Source: Candidatus Moraniibacteriota bacterium (GTDB lineage Bacteria > Patescibacteriota > Minisyncoccia > Moranbacterales > UBA1568). Taken from it: DNA of 64,000 nt. A program made the position numbers and the translations under genes. Positions within the stretch are counted from its first letter, which is position 1. The number at the start of each line of letters is the position of its first letter. The DNA lies in contig JAYRRF010000012.1 in NCBI GenBank assembly GCA_041910335.1, positions 3,728-67,727 of the forward strand. Reading direction: 5' to 3'. Below are positions 29,237 to 39,058 of the stretch, in pieces. A model generated the notes under the pieces. The model was not told where the DNA came from. It ran no database searches and saw only the letters and a program-made list of their open reading frames with translations.

Positions 29237-30885
29237 AGTTTTTTGTCAGTGTGTTCGATGATAAGTGGGTCGCCTTCTTTACTGTCAGGGAGGTCATTTT
29301 TTTGGTAAGAGAGATCGTCTGGTAAGAGAGTTTCGGTATCTTTACCGATAACGATAAGAAGATCACTTGTTGATTCAGGTACTTCGAAGGGAAGAGAGAG
29401 AGTCTGCTCTAAAGAGAGCTTCTTTAAAAGGGTGTCCATAGACCATGGCTTGGCACCACCCGCTCTCTCTAAAAGCATACTCTTTTCTGGCCATTCTTGG
29501 TAGCGGGAGACTTTAGCGAGCACAATGCGGTCTTCGTAGCTTTCCTCTAAGACTTCTTTGATTTGTTCTGCCTGACGGTAGTCCTCGGCTCGGTAGAGGA
29601 TGCTGACGGTAGCTTGTTCTTTCTGGAGCGCCTCTTTGCGACGGAGCAGTTGTTCTCGAGAAAAGATAGTTCTACTGACCTCTTGGACTTCTTCCCAGTT
29701 ACCAGTGCGGGGGACAAGCGTGAAAGCTTGGACGCCACCGAGCTCTACGTGAGAGACACGCAGTAAACTCTCTTTCCTCCAGGCATCAATGACAGTAGAT
29801 TCGATATTCTGAGTGTCTATCTTTTTGGCAATAAGGAGAAAGTTTTCCATGTCGCTTAGGGTAGCGTTGGTTTTGACACTCTCGCCAAGAATAGCTAGCA
29901 GGTCAGTGACGGCGTTCATGTTGAAGAGGAGTGAATTGCCAAGGGCTTTTTCACGAAGAGCAGAGAGGACTTGCTGTTGTCTTTTGGCTCGACCGAAGTC
30001 ACCCTCAGGATCGTCGTGGCGTTCGCGGACGTACTTGAGAGCGGTTTTGCCATCGAGCTTCTGCCAACCTTTGTGAAGTTCAAAGGTCTCGTAGCTATAG
30101 TTCTTGCCCGGATAGCGATCGTCATAGATATCACGAGTAACTTCGAGATCTACACCGCCAAAAGTGTCAATGATTTTCTCGAAGCCATCAAAGTCAAGAA
30201 TGAAGGTATACTGAAGACTTTCTCCCGTCACTTGAGTCACGGCTTTTTCGATGAAGGCTGTACCTTGATTTTGTGAGAGACCGTACTGATAGAAAGAATT
30301 AATTTTGCCAGTGAGGTGTTCTTCAGGGAGAGAGACGTAGAGATCACGAGGAAGAGAGATAAGAGCTACTTTGCGCTTGTCGCTGTCGATACTCATGAGG
30401 ATGATGGTATCAGTGAGATTCTGACCCGGGTAGTTTTCACCAGCACGACCCAGGAGCAGGATGTTGATACGGCCATCGTCAGTCTTTTGTAGAGCTGCGA
30501 AGGGATCTTGACCAATGTTTTTGGTCAGGGTGCCTATCTGAGAGAAGAAGGAGGGACTGTCTTTGCTTTTCAGTTGGACGTCGTTTAAGGTTTTGATAAC
30601 GTGAACACCGTAGAAGAGAGTAAGAAGGAGGAAAAGCCCACCCATGATGAGGAGAGCTATGCGAATAGGCTTCCTCCAGAGGAAATACTTTCTTTTGGTA
30701 TAGAGAGGAGTATCTAGCGGAGCAGCTTTCACAGTATCAGGGGCCTTCACTGGCTTTGTGGGCGCAGAAACCGGACGCAGTGGTAGAGGTGGCTTAGAAG
30801 TTATTCTTGATTGTGGGGGACGAATGCTATCCATGACATTTGAGGAGTAAGACGACTCAGTGGAGACTCTTGCAAGGGCAGTCAA
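29233..30885 (-). CDS. LytR-CpsA-Psr (LCP) family phosphotransferase with Pro-rich cytoplasmic tail and LytR_C domain
   Basis: TM helix followed by NILLLGRAG...DTIILMSID...LISLPRDLYV LCP core. Confidence 0.8.
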   Translation of the reverse strand: MTALARVSTESSYSSNVMDSIRPPQSRITSKPPLPLRPVSAPTKPVKAPDTVKAAPLDTPLYTKRKYFLWRKPIRIALLIMGGLFLLLTLFYGVHVIKTLNDVQLKSKDSPSFFSQIGTLTKNIGQDPFAALQKTDDGRINILLLGRAGENYPGQNLTDTIILMSIDSDKRKVALISLPRDLYVSLPEEHLTGKINSFYQYGLSQNQGTAFIEKAVTQVTGESLQYTFILDFDGFEKIIDTFGGVDLEVTRDIYDDRYPGKNYSYETFELHKGWQKLDGKTALKYVRERHDDPEGDFGRAKRQQQVLSALREKALGNSLLFNMNAVTDLLAILGESVKTNATLSDMENFLLIAKKIDTQNIESTVIDAWRKESLLRVSHVELGGVQAFTLVPRTGNWEEVQEVSRTIFSREQLLRRKEALQKEQATVSILYRAEDYRQAEQIKEVLEESYEDRIVLAKVSRYQEWPEKSMLLERAGGAKPWSMDTLLKKLSLEQTLSLPFEVPESTSDLLIVIGKDTETLLPDDLSYQKNDLPDSKEGDPLIIEHTDKKL

Positions 30886-30950
30886 AACGTGAGAAAATAG
30901 GATTGTTTATTTTTCTATTGGCTCTGTTAAGCCAATATTAACAACATATT

Positions 30951-31562
30951 ATGCAGGAAACAACACGAGAAGAAGAGAGTTTGGGACTCAAGTCGCTTAT
31001 CACTGAGCTTGTCAAAGTCTTTCTTCTAGCGGTAGTTATCATTATACCGGTTCGCATCTTTTTGTTCCAACCTTTTTTTGTGCAGGGTTCGAGTATGGAG
31101 CCGAACTTTCAGGATGGGCAATACCTTATCGTGAGTGAGTTGGGCTACAAGCAAGTACGTCTTGGTACCGAAAAAACAGCCCCGATGATTCTGTCAGACT
31201 TCCGTAAGCTGTCTCGCCAAGAAGCTATCGTCTTTCGTTATCCGAAAAAGCCAGATCAGTTCTTCATTAAACGTCTTATCGGACTTCCCAGAGAGACTGT
31301 CGCTATCAAGAATCATCAAGTCGTGATCAAAAATAGTGAGCATCCAGATGGGTGGATTCTTGATGAGTCAGCCTATGTCTTGAATGATGTGACTCTTGTA
31401 GATATGGCACCGGTCACTCTGGGTGAGGATGAGTATTTTGTGATGGGAGATAATCGAGATTTCAGTTATGACTCGCGAGCGTTTGGGCCAGTCGGGAAAG
31501 AGTTCATCATGGGAAGAGTATTGTTACGAGCTTGGCCATTTGGAGAGGCTCGAGTGTTCTAG
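30951..31562 (+). CDS. lepB: Signal peptidase I
   Basis: GSSMEP (catalytic Ser) and GDNRDFSYDSR motifs. Confidence 0.85.
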   Translation: MQETTREEESLGLKSLITELVKVFLLAVVIIIPVRIFLFQPFFVQGSSMEPNFQDGQYLIVSELGYKQVRLGTEKTAPMILSDFRKLSRQEAIVFRYPKKPDQFFIKRLIGLPRETVAIKNHQVVIKNSEHPDGWILDESAYVLNDVTLVDMAPVTLGEDEYFVMGDNRDFSYDSRAFGPVGKEFIMGRVLLRAWPFGEARVF

Positions 31563-31599
31563 TATTTCATATAATTTAAACAGTGTAAGGTAAAACCCT

Positions 31600-32994
31600 A
31601 TGTCAAAGGTAAAGAAGACAGCAGTAGCACCCAAAAAAACCACGAAGAAAAAAGTCGCAACCAAGCCGACTAAGAAAACAACAAAAGTAGCAGCCGTTGA
31701 AGAGGAAATGCTCCTTCAGACACTGCGTGGGATGCGTGATATTTTGCCAGACGAGCAGCCCTACTGGGAGCGAGTGCGGAGAATACTGACGTCTGCTTCG
31801 CATGAGTATGGTTTCAGTCGGATTGATTTACCAACAGTGGAGTTTGCTCATCTTTTTGTACGCAGCGTGGGAACAGGGACAGACATCATTGATAAAGAGA
31901 TCTACCTCTTCAATACGCGTGGTGGTGACCGCGTTGCTCTTCGTCCTGAGATGACGGCTGGTCTTTGTCGCGCCTACATCGAACACGGTATGGGGGTACT
32001 TCCGAAGCCTATCAAGCTCTTCTCTATGGGACCTATCTTCCGTTATGACCGTCCACAGGAAGGACGCTACCGCGAGCACTGGCAAGCCAACTTCGATATG
32101 TTCGGTGAGGCAGATGCTATCTTGGATGCGCAGACCGTACAATTAGCGTACCGAGTCGTGCAACAACTGGGTCTTAAGAACATCGAATTCCAAGTTAACT
32201 CGATCGGAACACCAGAGACAAGAAAAGATTACGAGAAAGCTTTGGTGCGTTACCTCGAATCACAAAAACAAAAACTCTGCGAGAAATGTCGTGAGCGTTT
32301 GACCTCTAACCCGATGCGCATCCTCGACTGTAAAGAAGATAAGTGTATTCAGCTCACCGCTCACGCACCACAATCACTTGATTATCTTGATCCAGAATCT
32401 CGTGAGCACTTCAAGAAGTTTCTCGAATATCTCGATGAGCTTGATTTGCCGTACTCTATCAATACTCGCCTTGTCCGTGGACTGGATTACTACACACGCA
32501 CCGTCTTTGAGATTCGCTCGACTGATAAGGATGGTAAGAACTACTCACTCGGTGGTGGGGGACGCTACGACCGTCTCATCGAAAGCCTTGGCGGTGAAGC
32601 TACTCCAGCTATCGGCTTCGCTCTCGGTCTCGATCGTATCGTCATCGAAATGAAGCGTACTCAGGTCAAGCCGTACCATGCTCCTCAGCCGAAGGTTTTC
32701 CTTGCACAGCTTGGTGAAATGGCGAAGAAGAAGAGTTTGAAGTTGTTCTCAGAACTCGAGAAGAACGGAGTGCTTTTAGCTGAAAGCTTTGGCCGAGGCA
32801 GTCTCAAAAGTCAACTCCGTGTCGCTAATCGTCTCGGTGTAGAAGTGACTGTCATCATTGGTCAAAAAGAAGCGCTGGATGAGACCGCTATCATCAAAGA
32901 CATGGTCTCAGGTACACAAGAGACTGTTACTCAAGAAAAACTCGTCGAGGCTGTGAAGAAGCTTCTTAAAGCCAATCAAGCATTGGTAGGGTAA
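31600..32994 (+). CDS. hisS: Histidyl-tRNA synthetase with Lys-rich N-terminal extension (alternative start at 31708)
   Basis: Class II HisRS motifs ([25 protein letters not shown]) and C-terminal anticodon-binding domain. The N-terminal 36 aa are KKT-rich. Confidence 0.9.
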   Translation: MSKVKKTAVAPKKTTKKKVATKPTKKTTKVAAVEEEMLLQTLRGMRDILPDEQPYWERVRRILTSASHEYGFSRIDLPTVEFAHLFVRSVGTGTDIIDKEIYLFNTRGGDRVALRPEMTAGLCRAYIEHGMGVLPKPIKLFSMGPIFRYDRPQEGRYREHWQANFDMFGEADAILDAQTVQLAYRVVQQLGLKNIEFQVNSIGTPETRKDYEKALVRYLESQKQKLCEKCRERLTSNPMRILDCKEDKCIQLTAHAPQSLDYLDPESREHFKKFLEYLDELDLPYSINTRLVRGLDYYTRTVFEIRSTDKDGKNYSLGGGGRYDRLIESLGGEATPAIGFALGLDRIVIEMKRTQVKPYHAPQPKVFLAQLGEMAKKKSLKLFSELEKNGVLLAESFGRGSLKSQLRVANRLGVEVTVIIGQKEALDETAIIKDMVSGTQETVTQEKLVEAVKKLLKANQALVG

Positions 32995-33008
32995 AGAATA
33001 CCAAAAAT

Positions 33009-33353
33009 ATGGAGACTATTTTCCACAAGATGGCGAAGGGAGAGATAGTACCTAACGAAGTCGTCTATGAGGATGAGAGGGTGCTTGCCTTTCGAGATAT
33101 TCATCCACTTGCACCAGTGCACGTAGTGATCATTCCAAAGACCGAGATAATATCTCTTGCGGGTGCTACAGAGGGTGACAAGGAGACTCTCGGGCACATC
33201 CTTTGGGTAGCGCACATCATAGCAGAGCAGGAGGGTATAGCCGAGAGTGGCTATCGAGTGGTGACCAATAGCGGCGAAGATAGTACCCGTGAAGTAGAGT
33301 ATCTCCACTTTCATCTCATCGGCGGAAAACGCTTGGGAAGTAAGATTGGATGA
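33009..33353 (+). CDS. HIT-family (histidine triad) nucleotide hydrolase
   Basis: HLHFHLIGG histidine triad. Confidence 0.85.
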   Translation: METIFHKMAKGEIVPNEVVYEDERVLAFRDIHPLAPVHVVIIPKTEIISLAGATEGDKETLGHILWVAHIIAEQEGIAESGYRVVTNSGEDSTREVEYLHFHLIGGKRLGSKIG

Positions 33354-33819
33354 TATGGAAATTCAAATTCAGAAAGATGTTGTAGATTGGTTATCTTCTT
33401 TTGGAGTTTTTGTTATTGGTATCATAACTGCATACATTGCTTATAGACAGCATAAAAATGATTCAATGAGACTGAGGTTTGATTTATATGAGAAAAGGTT
33501 TGAGGTCTATTCTCGTATAAGGGAATATCTCGCTACTATATACAGAGATGCTGATGTTGAATATAATCAAACTCAAATTTTTAAGTTTGAAACATCACAA
33601 GCAAAATTTCTATTCAATGAGGAGATATATAAACTTATAGAAGCTCTTCATAAAAAGGGTATAAGGTTACATTATGTAAATACTCTTTTGAATGACGTAA
33701 CTCTGGAAGTGGGTGATAAGCGAACTAAATTAGCTGAAGAATCAACAGAAATTCTTGAATCGTTTATAAGATACGGAGATAACCTCGAGGAGTATTTTAA
33801 TGACTATCTAAAAATATAG
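33346..33819 (+). CDS. Hypothetical single-TM protein in a low-GC (about 30-33%) island
   Basis: 157-aa ORF overlapping the HIT gene stop by 8 nt. TM helix LSSFGVFVIGIITAYIAY. Visibly AT-rich codons compared with neighbours. Confidence 0.5.
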   Translation: MDDMEIQIQKDVVDWLSSFGVFVIGIITAYIAYRQHKNDSMRLRFDLYEKRFEVYSRIREYLATIYRDADVEYNQTQIFKFETSQAKFLFNEEIYKLIEALHKKGIRLHYVNTLLNDVTLEVGDKRTKLAEESTEILESFIRYGDNLEEYFNDYLKI

Positions 33820-33930
33820 TGGATAGGCTAGTCAAATATATAGAAAAGTCTCAAAGATAGAGGGCTTGCAAGAATCGAAAAAACGTGTTACACTAGGTCC
33901 ATCCAAAATTACTAGAAGGAGGAGTCCAAT

Positions 33931-34185
33931 ATGATCCAAGTGAAAAAGAAAGAGAAAGAGACGCCTGAAAGCCTCATCCGTCGTTTTACTCGTCGCGTCC
34001 AGCAGTCTGGCGTACTGCGCCAGGTGCGTAAAAAGCGTTTTCATCAGCCTGTCAAAAGCAAAGACAAACGCCGTAACGAAGCTCTCTACAAGGTAGAAAT
34101 CCGTAAGGAAATCAGCCGCATGAAGAAGCTCGGTAAGTTTGATGAAGAAACACTGCGTGAAATCAAGAAAAAGATGAATCGCTAG
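33931..34185 (+). CDS. rpsU: 30S ribosomal protein S21
   Basis: SLIRRFTRRVQQSGVLRQVRKKRFHQPVKSKDKRR. AGGAGG RBS 8 nt upstream. Confidence 0.85.
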   Translation: MIQVKKKEKETPESLIRRFTRRVQQSGVLRQVRKKRFHQPVKSKDKRRNEALYKVEIRKEISRMKKLGKFDEETLREIKKKMNR

Positions 34186-34192
34186 TAAGAAG

Positions 34193-34220
34193 AACTCCCC
34201 CTTAGGGGAGTTTTCTTTTG
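34193..34220 (+). terminator. Intrinsic terminator after rpsU
   Basis: AACTCCCC CTTA GGGGAGTT hairpin + T-run. Confidence 0.55.
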
Positions 34221-34274
34221 CTTTTGTGCTGGGATTTGCTACTCTAGAGAAGTAATTGTTATCAAGAGAGAGTT

Positions 34275-34727
34275 ATGAAATATCAAGACACGATGGAAGA
34301 GCTCAAGGGAGCGATGAAGGCAGGAGATACAGCTAAGCGAGATGTCATCCGTTTACTTCAAAGTGCTTTGAAGAACTATGCGATTGATGCACGGACACCA
34401 GTTGAAGAACTTGGTGATAGTGATGTCGAGATGGTGATCAAGAAGCTCGTCAAGCAACGAAAAGATAGTATCGCTCAGTACCAAGCGGGTGGACGTGAAG
34501 ACCTGGTCGCCCAAGAGCAAAGCGAGCTCGACCTTCTATCAGTCTATCTTCCCAAAGAAATGGAAGATGATGAGTTAGCACGTCTCGTCGATGAAGTACT
34601 AAGTGAAGGTGGCTTTACTACCAAAGCAGATATCGGTAAAGCAACTGGTATGGTCATGAAGAAGGCGAATGGCAGCGTTAGTGGGGACAGAGTGCGTGAT
34701 ATGCTGGCTTCGCGATTGACGGCGTAG
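34275..34727 (+). CDS. yqeY: GatB/YqeY domain protein
   Basis: 150 aa helical protein matching the YqeY domain. Conserved rpsU-yqeY neighbourhood. Confidence 0.8.
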   Translation: MKYQDTMEELKGAMKAGDTAKRDVIRLLQSALKNYAIDARTPVEELGDSDVEMVIKKLVKQRKDSIAQYQAGGREDLVAQEQSELDLLSVYLPKEMEDDELARLVDEVLSEGGFTTKADIGKATGMVMKKANGSVSGDRVRDMLASRLTA

Positions 34728-34729
34728 AC

Positions 34730-35194
34730 ATGAAGCTTTCACTGGATCAAGTCGTCGAAGTAGATACTCCTTTCCAAGAGGGATTCTTAGAGGATATTGC
34801 CTTAAGGACACTTGAGAAGATAGATTTTGTTATCGGCACGACCACAGCAATCAGCCTTGGAGTGGCTGCTGTCAGTGAGGAGCGCATCCAAGAACTCAAC
34901 AGAGAATATCGTGATAAAGACAAAACGACAGATATTCTTTCTTTTGGGAGCGAAGAGAACTGGCTAGAAAGAGGGTCATTGCCAGCGGGGGAAGAGTTTT
35001 TCTTAGGAGATCTCATCTACAGTCCAGCTTTTATCCTTCGCGCAGCAGCAGAAGATGGTATTAGTCCTGAACATGAAATGGCCTACATTTTTTCTCATGG
35101 GGTACTACATCTTTTAGGGTATGATCATAGTGATGAGATGTTTGCCATTCAGGATGAAGTGACCAAAGAATACAGTCAAACACAAATACAATAG
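34730..35194 (+). CDS. ybeY: Endoribonuclease YbeY (rRNA maturation)
   Basis: HGVLHLLGYDH zinc-binding motif. Confidence 0.9.
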   Translation: MKLSLDQVVEVDTPFQEGFLEDIALRTLEKIDFVIGTTTAISLGVAAVSEERIQELNREYRDKDKTTDILSFGSEENWLERGSLPAGEEFFLGDLIYSPAFILRAAAEDGISPEHEMAYIFSHGVLHLLGYDHSDEMFAIQDEVTKEYSQTQIQ

Positions 35195-35195
35195 T

Positions 35196-35549
35196 ATGCG
35201 TTTCCAAAAAAGTCTCAAATTCGCTTGGCATGGTCTCATCTACGCTTTTCGTTATGAAAAGAATTTCCGCATTGAAGTGTTTGTCGGAAGTATTGTCATG
35301 ATAGGAGCTTTCTTGCTCGGGCTGACTACGCTTGAGAAGAGCATTCTCCTTTCTATCTGTGCACTGGTCCTAGTGATGGAGCTGGCTAATACAGCGTTAG
35401 AAAGAATCATTGATATGTTGAAGCCGCGCGTCCATCCGTACGCTAAGGTAGTGAAAGATGTGATGGCAGGCGCAGTCCTTCTTGTCTCTTTCATGGCTGT
35501 TTTGGTAGGGATTCTCATTTTCCTGCCGTATCTTTTGGTCGGAGTATAG
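35196..35549 (+). CDS. dgkA: Diacylglycerol/undecaprenol kinase (DgkA family)
   Basis: 117 aa, 3 TM, with the ELANTALE...D motif of prokaryotic DAGK. Confidence 0.8.
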   Translation: MRFQKSLKFAWHGLIYAFRYEKNFRIEVFVGSIVMIGAFLLGLTTLEKSILLSICALVLVMELANTALERIIDMLKPRVHPYAKVVKDVMAGAVLLVSFMAVLVGILIFLPYLLVGV

Positions 35550-35556
35550 AGAGTGT

Positions 35557-35585
35557 TTGGCCAGTCCTCAAAAACGGGGTATAAT
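35557..35585 (+). promoter_or_regulatory. Sigma70-like promoter upstream of ftsA
   Basis: TTGGCC (35557-35562), 17-nt spacer, TATAAT (35580-35585). Confidence 0.55.
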
Positions 35586-35642
35586 GTGAGCTAGGGTAGG
35601 AGCTCTTTTTTGTGAGAGCCGGTTTTGTTGCTCTATTTTCAT

Positions 35643-36905
35643 ATGGCCAAAGGAAACTATTACGTAGGACTAGATATTGGTTCGTCTGCCATTCGAGCGG
35701 TCATCGCTGAGAGTCATGGTGAGGACGAAATGCTCCGTGTTATCGGTGTCGGTAAGACACCGTCTTTTGGTATGCGTAAGGGAGTAGTGGTAGATATTGA
35801 GACTGTTGCTAAAGCCATAAACACCGCATTGGAACAAGCCGAGAGAATGGCTGGACATGCCGCCGAAAGAGCAGCAGTAAGCGTCAGTGGGGCAGATCTC
35901 CTTTGTCAGGAGGCTCTTGGCGTAGTTGCTGTAGGGCGAGCAGATGGAGAAGTGACCGAAGATGATACCACTCGAGTGATGGATGAAGTAGAGGCCCGTT
36001 TGACTATGCCACTGAACCGAGAAATCATCCATGTTATCCCCAAAGACTACCGTCTCGATGACATCAAAAACATCAAAGATCCGCTTGGTATGCGAGGAGT
36101 TCGTCTAGAAATGAATGCGCTGGTCGTCAGTGGAAGTTCGTCTCATCTCAAAAATATTCATCGTAGCTTAGACCATGCCGGTACCGCAGCGACACATATC
36201 GTCGCCGAACCAGTGGCTTCTGCCGAGGCAGTGCTCACTCTGAAACAGAAAGAGCTCGGTACGGTCTTGGTCAACATGGGAGGGAGCACCACTTCTATTG
36301 CAGTGTATGAGGATGGAGACCTTCTTCATCTCGCAGTTCTTCCGGTAGGAGCGAGTCATATCACCAATGATATTGCTATTGGTCTGCGTACTTCTATCGA
36401 GATAGCTGAGGCCGTGAAGCTACAGTATGGGACGGCTGAAGCCAAAGATGTTCCTAAAAAAGAAGAAATAGATCTCAGTCTCTTCGACTCAGAAGAAAGT
36501 GATATGGTCAGTCGTCATCATGTAGCTGAGATTATCGAAGCTCGCTTGGAAGAGATTCTTGATTTTGTAAATACAGAGCTCAGAAACATTGGTCGCGAAG
36601 GGTTGTTGCCGGGCGGAGCTATTTTGACTGGTGGTGGAGCGCTCCTACCCGGGGCGGTAGATGTAGCTAAAAAGATTTTGCGCCTACCGGTACACACTGG
36701 ATACCCGAAGTCACTCAGTGGTATTCTTGATGAGGTAGACAACCCAGAGTTTGCTACCGTGATCGGCTTGGTTATGTACGCCGAAAAGTCAGGAGGCACT
36801 CATGGAGGAGGATTCTCAGCTGGTAAAGTGTGGGAGCAGATGCCACTTGGTATGCAAGGAATGACCAAAAAGTTCAAGGACTTGACGCGCAAGTTCTTAC
36901 CATAA
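35643..36905 (+). CDS. ftsA: Cell division protein FtsA
   Basis: Actin-fold motifs (VGLDIGSSAIRAV, LTGGGALLPG). Start at the internal ATG at 35643. Confidence 0.9.
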   Translation: MAKGNYYVGLDIGSSAIRAVIAESHGEDEMLRVIGVGKTPSFGMRKGVVVDIETVAKAINTALEQAERMAGHAAERAAVSVSGADLLCQEALGVVAVGRADGEVTEDDTTRVMDEVEARLTMPLNREIIHVIPKDYRLDDIKNIKDPLGMRGVRLEMNALVVSGSSSHLKNIHRSLDHAGTAATHIVAEPVASAEAVLTLKQKELGTVLVNMGGSTTSIAVYEDGDLLHLAVLPVGASHITNDIAIGLRTSIEIAEAVKLQYGTAEAKDVPKKEEIDLSLFDSEESDMVSRHHVAEIIEARLEEILDFVNTELRNIGREGLLPGGAILTGGGALLPGAVDVAKKILRLPVHTGYPKSLSGILDEVDNPEFATVIGLVMYAEKSGGTHGGGFSAGKVWEQMPLGMQGMTKKFKDLTRKFLP

Positions 36906-36976
36906 GGTGATACCCAAACAAAGACAAAAGGCTTTGAGAAAGCCAAAAATACAAACATTTCTTGAAGGGGTTCTTC

Positions 36977-37006
36977 TTGACACCCGCTCTCTTGGTGTGC
37001 TAAATT
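36977..37006 (+). promoter_or_regulatory. Candidate promoter upstream of ftsZ
   Basis: TTGACA (36977-36982), 18-nt spacer, TGcTAAATT. Confidence 0.4.
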
Positions 37007-37109
37007 TGAGTTTCAATGCGTAGTCCCCACCGGGAAGAGAGTGTAAAACAAAAATTATTGCTACCAAGAATCAATATTTTTATTAAACACCTATTTAAAG
37101 GGGACATAT

Positions 37110-38378
37110 ATGGCAGAAATCAAACCAGACATCGAGACGTTTGCAAAAATTAAGGTCGTAGGAGTAGGGGGCTCTGGTGGTAATGCTATTTCGCGCATGA
37201 TCGACGCGAAAATCAAGGGAGTGGAATTTGTTGCTATCAACACTGATGCACAAGCTCTCCATCATTCGAAAGCACAAGAAAAAGTACACGTAGGGAAGAA
37301 CCTCACCAAGGGTCTTGGTGCTGGTATGAATCCAGAAGTAGGTCGTCAGGCAGCCGAAGAAAACCGTGATGAAATCCAAGAAGTCCTCAAGGGTTCTGAT
37401 ATGGTCTTCGTCGCTTGCGGACTTGGTGGTGGAACGGGAAGTGGTGCTGCACCGATTGTGGCTGAGACCGCCAAAGAACTTGGAGCGTTGACGGTAGGAG
37501 TAGTGACTAAGCCTTTTGCTTTTGAAGGATCACAACGCCGTGCCATCGCTGAAGAAGCACTCGAGAATTTGAAAGACCGAGTTGATACTCTCATTACTAT
37601 CCCTAACGACCGCTTGCTCTCTATCATTGATAGGAAGACGACTCTCGTGAACGCCTTCCGTATCGTTGACGATGTTCTCCGTCAGGGTGTGCAGGGTATC
37701 TCTGATCTCATCACTCGTCCAGGAGAAGTTAACGTCGACTTTGCTGACGTACGTGCCATCATGGAAGACAGTGGAAGTGCTTTGATGGGTATCGGTATTG
37801 CCTCTGGAGACAATCGTGCTACCGAAGCTGCTAAGGCAGCTATCAATAGTCCTCTCCTCGAGCTTTCTATCGATGGCGCGAAGGGTGTACTCTTCAACAT
37901 CTCTGGTTCTTCTGATATCGGTATGCTCGAAATCAACGAAGCCGCTAACATTATTACTGAGACTATTGATCCAAATGCAAAGGTTATCTTCGGTGCAGTC
38001 ACTGATGATCAGATCCGCAAGGGTGAAATTCAGATTACTGTTGTTGCGACTGGTTTTGACCTACCACGTACCAAAGAATCAATGCCTGGTTTGATCACTC
38101 GTGTACCGAGTACCCCGACACCGATTCGTGAGCATCGTGAAGAGCGCGTTCGTCCTGAACCAATACCAACCGTGACTGCGAAGCCAGAAGTAGATACCAG
38201 CTATGAAGAGGAGGATGATATCTTTGGATTCTCAAGTCGCAAGATGGAGCAGCCAGTGATGATCATCGATGAGAAAATCCCGACTCGACCACAAAATCCT
38301 CGTGGAGAAAGCAAGGAGCTTTCAGAAGATGATGATCTAGAGATACCAGCTTTTATTCGCCGCAAGATGAAGAAATAG
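37110..38378 (+). CDS. ftsZ: Cell division protein FtsZ
   Basis: [14 protein letters not shown] tubulin signature. Acidic/basic C-terminal tail. Confidence 0.95.
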   Translation: MAEIKPDIETFAKIKVVGVGGSGGNAISRMIDAKIKGVEFVAINTDAQALHHSKAQEKVHVGKNLTKGLGAGMNPEVGRQAAEENRDEIQEVLKGSDMVFVACGLGGGTGSGAAPIVAETAKELGALTVGVVTKPFAFEGSQRRAIAEEALENLKDRVDTLITIPNDRLLSIIDRKTTLVNAFRIVDDVLRQGVQGISDLITRPGEVNVDFADVRAIMEDSGSALMGIGIASGDNRATEAAKAAINSPLLELSIDGAKGVLFNISGSSDIGMLEINEAANIITETIDPNAKVIFGAVTDDQIRKGEIQITVVATGFDLPRTKESMPGLITRVPSTPTPIREHREERVRPEPIPTVTAKPEVDTSYEEEDDIFGFSSRKMEQPVMIIDEKIPTRPQNPRGESKELSEDDDLEIPAFIRRKMKK

Positions 38379-38540
38379 AAAGATTTTTCATTTTGGAAAA
38401 TTTCTTTGTCGTGACTTCCGGTACTCGTTCGCGTTATGCTTTGGTAGCGTTCACTCTGTTCCTCAGTCACTTCGCGAAATTTCCTCAAAATCAAAACTCT
38501 TTGTCGTCTGTTCACTATCCATAGGCGTTAAAGAAAGTCT

Positions 38541-38574
38541 ATGCCCAGCCAAAAATGCTGGGCTTTGCTATAAT
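38541..38574 (+). promoter_or_regulatory. Terminator-like hairpin fused to an extended -10 promoter (cassette copy g) upstream of nrdR
   Basis: GCCCAGC CAAAAAT GCTGGGC hairpin, TTT, then GCTATAAT. Confidence 0.5.
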
Positions 38575-38607
38575 AAGGGTAGATAATTTTCAGTTTCTTT
38601 TTGAAAT

Positions 38608-39051
38608 ATGCAATGTCCATTTTGTAACAATGAAGAAACCAAGGTCGTCGACTCTCGTGATACACAAGAAGGGCGGGCCATTCGTCGTCGTCGAGAGTGC
38701 GAGAGCTGCGAACGACGTTTCAGTACCTATGAGACATACGAAGGCTTTCAGACGTTGATCGTCAAAAAAGATGGTATCAAAGAACCCTATGACCGCGCCA
38801 AGATTGAGCGTGGACTCCGACGTGCTTTTGAGAAGCGGCCGGGGGCTGAGACCAGTATTGAGACGATCTTAGGTGAACTCGAGGTTTATATCCAAGACCA
38901 ACAAAAGACAGAGATGACTAGCCGAGAGCTTGGTGATACGGTACTCCGCCTTATTAAAGAAGAAGATCCAGTCGCCTATGTTCGCTTTGCCAGTGTCTAC
39001 AAATCATTCGGGAGTCTCGAGCGTTTCCGGAAGTTCTTGGAGCAGGTGTAG
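38608..39051 (+). CDS. nrdR: Transcriptional repressor NrdR
   Basis: MQCPFCNNEETKVVDSRDT...CESCERRF zinc ribbon + ATP-cone. Confidence 0.9.
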   Translation: MQCPFCNNEETKVVDSRDTQEGRAIRRRRECESCERRFSTYETYEGFQTLIVKKDGIKEPYDRAKIERGLRRAFEKRPGAETSIETILGELEVYIQDQQKTEMTSRELGDTVLRLIKEEDPVAYVRFASVYKSFGSLERFRKFLEQV

Positions 39052-39058
39052 TTAATCT

